64,000 nt of DNA, taken from NCBI RefSeq assembly GCF_003704095.1, contig NW_020846747.1, forward strand, positions 372,001-436,000, given 5' to 3'. The position numbers and the translations under genes are program-made. Below are positions 60,917-64,000 of the stretch, in pieces. How positions within the stretch are numbered: the stretch's first letter is position 1; every line of letters starts with the position of its first letter. Source of the DNA: Pocillopora damicornis (lineage: Eukaryota). The notes under the pieces are model-generated. The model ran no database searches, was not told the DNA's origin, and worked only from the letters and a program-made list of their open reading frames with translations.

Positions 60917-62449
60917 TTACAATCTATCCTTGGCACATATTTCAAAGGGGCCGGGCATTAAGACCACGCCAACCTCGCCGCTCAGATCTGGAAGAGGTCT
61001 ACCAGCTGGATTTTCGAATTTAAATTGATGCAGGAGCCTGGACGCCACTAAGAACATTTCGGTTTTCGCCAGTGATTCACCCAGGCAACCGCGTCTTCCG
61101 GCGCTAAATGGTAAGTAGCTGCGTACTCCAGCGGCGGAGAATTTTCGTTCTGAGCCAAGAAGCTTTCCGTCTTTGTCCAAGAACCTAGACGGGTCGAACA
61201 CTTCGGGATTCTGCCATTCATTTTTGTCGTGGTGCATAGCCCATATGTTTGATATAAGCATTGTGTCTTTTGGTACATCGTAGCCACCCAGTGTCGTATC
61301 ACACGTCGCCTTGTGAGGCAGTGACAGTGGAACTATAGCTCTGATGCGGAGAACCTCTGCAATGGTGGATTCCAAATATGGAAGATTCCCACGGTCGTTC
61401 AAACACGGCATGCGGCCACTGCCGATGACGTCATCTAACTCCGCATGCACGCGGGCTTGGATATCTGGGTAGGTAACCAAGAAAGCGAGCAGCCATCGTA
61501 GTGTTGTAGCCGATGTCTCCAGACCGGCATTGAAGACATCGTTCATTGTCATAACGAGATGATCTTCAGTCAGCAATTGTGCGACTTTTCCGTCTTCTTC
61601 TTGCGCCTCGTGGTAGGCCTTCAGTAGAGCATCAGTCAAATCTTCGATTTCAAAGTTGTTGTTTGCGCTGTCCTCTTCAAACCTCTTTTTGTGTTCTTGA
61701 TATTTTGCTCCGAGGATGTCATCTCTGATTTGGCGCGACTCGCGCAGGGTTTTCATGTCTTGCAGAGGGAAAAATCTTAGCCACGGAAGCAGGTCTAAGA
61801 TATTATAGCTACCAAATAGTCTGATAAAGTCATCATTGTACTGAATTATCCGCAGGAATTCTTCGTCTTCAATATCGTAGCTTTCGCCGTAGACAACAGC
61901 ACATATCACGTTGAGAATGGTCAGCTGAATTTCTTTTTTTGGATCAAATGGTTTCCCCTGTTGGGAAGTGATGCGTTTGGCCATGTGATCAACCTCACTG
62001 CTTATAAGACACTCGAGATGCTTCAAGCCACTTCCGTACATGCGCAGTGCTGAGTGAGCAATCTTTCGCAGAAGGATCATTGATTGCGTGAAGTCGGCGC
62101 AGATGATATTTCTGCCTCCTCGGGACAAGTAGTCTCCAACAAAGGTCACGGGTCGCCCTGAAAATTCATCTCTCCTAGCGAGCAGCGCTTCACGGGCCAG
62201 ATCTATTGAGTTGATAACGACACACCGCTGACCGCCGGGCAGGTAGAGCGTATAGATCTTACCATACTCCTCAGCTAGCTCAGTCATGGCCAAGTGACCT
62301 GGTTTTCCTGCTAAACGGGGCATGTTGCCAATCAGGGGATACGGCCTGGGGCCAGGAGCCAGCTTCTTGGATTTCTGCGCATGGGCGCGGTGGACAAAGA
62401 AAGCGATCGTTGTCACACAAACGAAAACAAATGCGATTTCTAGAATCAT
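60917..62449 (-). CDS. Microsomal cytochrome P450, clan 2 (CYP17/CYP1-like), intronless CDS, 510 aa
   Basis: N-terminal TM anchor, PGPRPYPLIGN hinge, I-helix AGLETS, K-helix EVLR, FDPSRF and heme motif FSAGRRGCLG. A 5'UTR intron acceptor (ttctgttgcag) lies ~11 nt upstream of the ATG. Confidence 0.96.
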   Translation of the reverse strand: MILEIAFVFVCVTTIAFFVHRAHAQKSKKLAPGPRPYPLIGNMPRLAGKPGHLAMTELAEEYGKIYTLYLPGGQRCVVINSIDLAREALLARRDEFSGRPVTFVGDYLSRGGRNIICADFTQSMILLRKIAHSALRMYGSGLKHLECLISSEVDHMAKRITSQQGKPFDPKKEIQLTILNVICAVVYGESYDIEDEEFLRIIQYNDDFIRLFGSYNILDLLPWLRFFPLQDMKTLRESRQIRDDILGAKYQEHKKRFEEDSANNNFEIEDLTDALLKAYHEAQEEDGKVAQLLTEDHLVMTMNDVFNAGLETSATTLRWLLAFLVTYPDIQARVHAELDDVIGSGRMPCLNDRGNLPYLESTIAEVLRIRAIVPLSLPHKATCDTTLGGYDVPKDTMLISNIWAMHHDKNEWQNPEVFDPSRFLDKDGKLLGSERKFSAAGVRSYLPFSAGRRGCLGESLAKTEMFLVASRLLHQFKFENPAGRPLPDLSGEVGVVLMPGPFEICAKDRL

Positions 62450-63554
62450 CTTTCAGATTTCTGCAACAGAAGATTACAAATCGATTATTGTCAATCACAC
62501 TTGTTGCTTCTTAAAAATTACTAGGTAGCTTTTAACCTGTCCAGAAAATATTTAACAAAACTTATGATATCCGCTGGGAGCAAATTTATCAGAGTTATAG
62601 GCTTCTTCGGCAGATTTTCATTCATTAAACCGCTGGAAATTGGAAAGCTCAAAAAGGCGGGAATGTTAAGAGCGAAAGAGAGTCGGTATTTGGCGGCCGT
62701 ATTTCTATGCAACCCCAGTCCCTCGCGCTTCACTCTCTATTTCCTGCGCATTTTTGTTGTGAAACTAAAATTATCCTTCGTTGCTCCAATGAACTGTGTA
62801 ATTGTATGCATTCAATACTCGTCGCGATAATCTGTTATGATCTAACGAGAGCTTAAAATGTTTACAGCTATTAAGGTCAGAGGTGTACCATTATGAGCTA
62901 AATATGAATTCCAAACTCGAATAATGTGAATTTTTTCCGTATTGGCACGCGACCTCCGTAGAGGAGTGTTATTATTGAGTTATATTTAGTAACCTCGATT
63001 AGTTATCAAAACGGCGCCTCATCCAGTCGACCTTCGAGATACTGTTTCAGAAACTGTTTATCTTTCAACATGGAAGATATCTGCTAAATATATTGACAGT
63101 GAAAACACCGTATTTGATATAACATGAATTCCTAACCTTTTTGGAGTTTATTTATAAGCCAATGCAATTCGCGGTTAGATTACATTTTAAGGCCACTTAA
63201 CCGATTATAGAACGTCAAGAAAAATTGCAACTGTCTGGAGGATGCACTAAGTATTTCTCGAGTACCACGACATTTTAATTGCCTCGTTACATTGATCTTT
63301 GGAAAATGGCAAAACAAACAAAACATCCTGGCCTTTACAAACTGGGTCATCATGAAAATCATGTCGAAACAATTGTATCCACATTCCCGAAACAATACCA
63401 ACGGACGATTTTGACGGCACACAATCCACTTAAGTTGCTATTGTTTCTTTTCTTGTCTTTCTTGGTCTTCGGACCCACTTCATTCGATTTTTATCTTTTA
63501 AGAGATCATTTTAAGGGGCTATTTATAAAGGTAAAAGCGCGTTCAAAACAAAAA

Positions 63555-63878
63555 CACGCTGAAGAGTTCGCCGGTCATTCTGTCACGCACTGATCACGTT
63601 CTACCTGCACCACGTGGCCTCTCACCAGCCAATGGCAGACAGTATGGTGTCTATGGACGTATGGCACGATAACGGAGGAATCCGTTCGCTGATTTTTATT
63701 CCCGACCCCTGATCTGTATCGATAATAAAATCACGTGCATAGCCACGCGCTCTCGGATCAAACTACAGAGTTCACATCATCACGCCGGTATTACGTAACG
63801 TATTTCAGCTGTTACTTAACGGTACTAATCGGGTTTAGTTTGACCAAACCTAAAATTGTTCGTTTCGGTAAATCACGT
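63555..63878. promoter_or_regulatory. Cluster of eight RCGTG/CACGTG (bHLH-PAS/E-box type) cores upstream of the P450
   Basis: CACGC at 63555, 63584, 63744 and 63781; CACGT at 63595 and 63874; CACGTG at 63611 and 63732. CCAAT at ~63629. Confidence 0.5.
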
Positions 63879-64000
63879 TTTCCACAGCGTTGTGCTAAAC
63901 AACACAAACAATTTCATTGGTGGTTAGACGATCGACATCGATGGATTATGTCCAGTAGGTTCAAGATGCTTGATGAAAAAGGAAAAAAAAAAGTATGAAA

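Noticed and set aside
1-64000. CRISPR arrays, tRNA/rRNA genes, U12-type introns, autonomous transposons
   Set aside because: None seen. All introns used are GT-AG without the U12 GTATCCTT donor, and tRNA-like sequence is limited to decayed SINE heads.

Overview
Eukaryotic, intron-rich, AT-rich animal DNA. The interspersed repeat families and the Shaker subtype suggest a stony coral or other anthozoan (inference). Splicing by hand (GT-AG sites, phase checked) gives six genes. (1) The 5' end of GAPDH (- strand, runs off the left edge). (2) A 13-exon CDK11/PITSLRE kinase of ~1000 aa (-). (3) A 9-exon JmjC 2-oxoglutarate oxygenase of ~524 aa with a signal peptide, EF-hand-like motifs and an HSEL C-terminus (-). 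(4) A 2-exon Shaker/Kv1-type subunit with a degenerate S4 and S6 gate (+). (5) A giant Sfi1-repeat protein of ~50 exons and ~2400 aa, partly built from a tandemly repeated five-exon cassette (-). (6) A cytochrome P450 with a single coding exon (-). Introns carry many MITEs, SINEs, palindromic elements and decayed hammerhead-like remnants. CpG decay in these repeats outlines alternating, probably methylated and unmethylated, domains. Highlights: the probable ER-lumenal JmjC-EF-hand enzyme, the S4-histidine Kv subunit, the Sfi1 super-repeat, and a dense bHLH-PAS/E-box cluster upstream of the P450. Repeat coordinates are approximate; no database searches were run.
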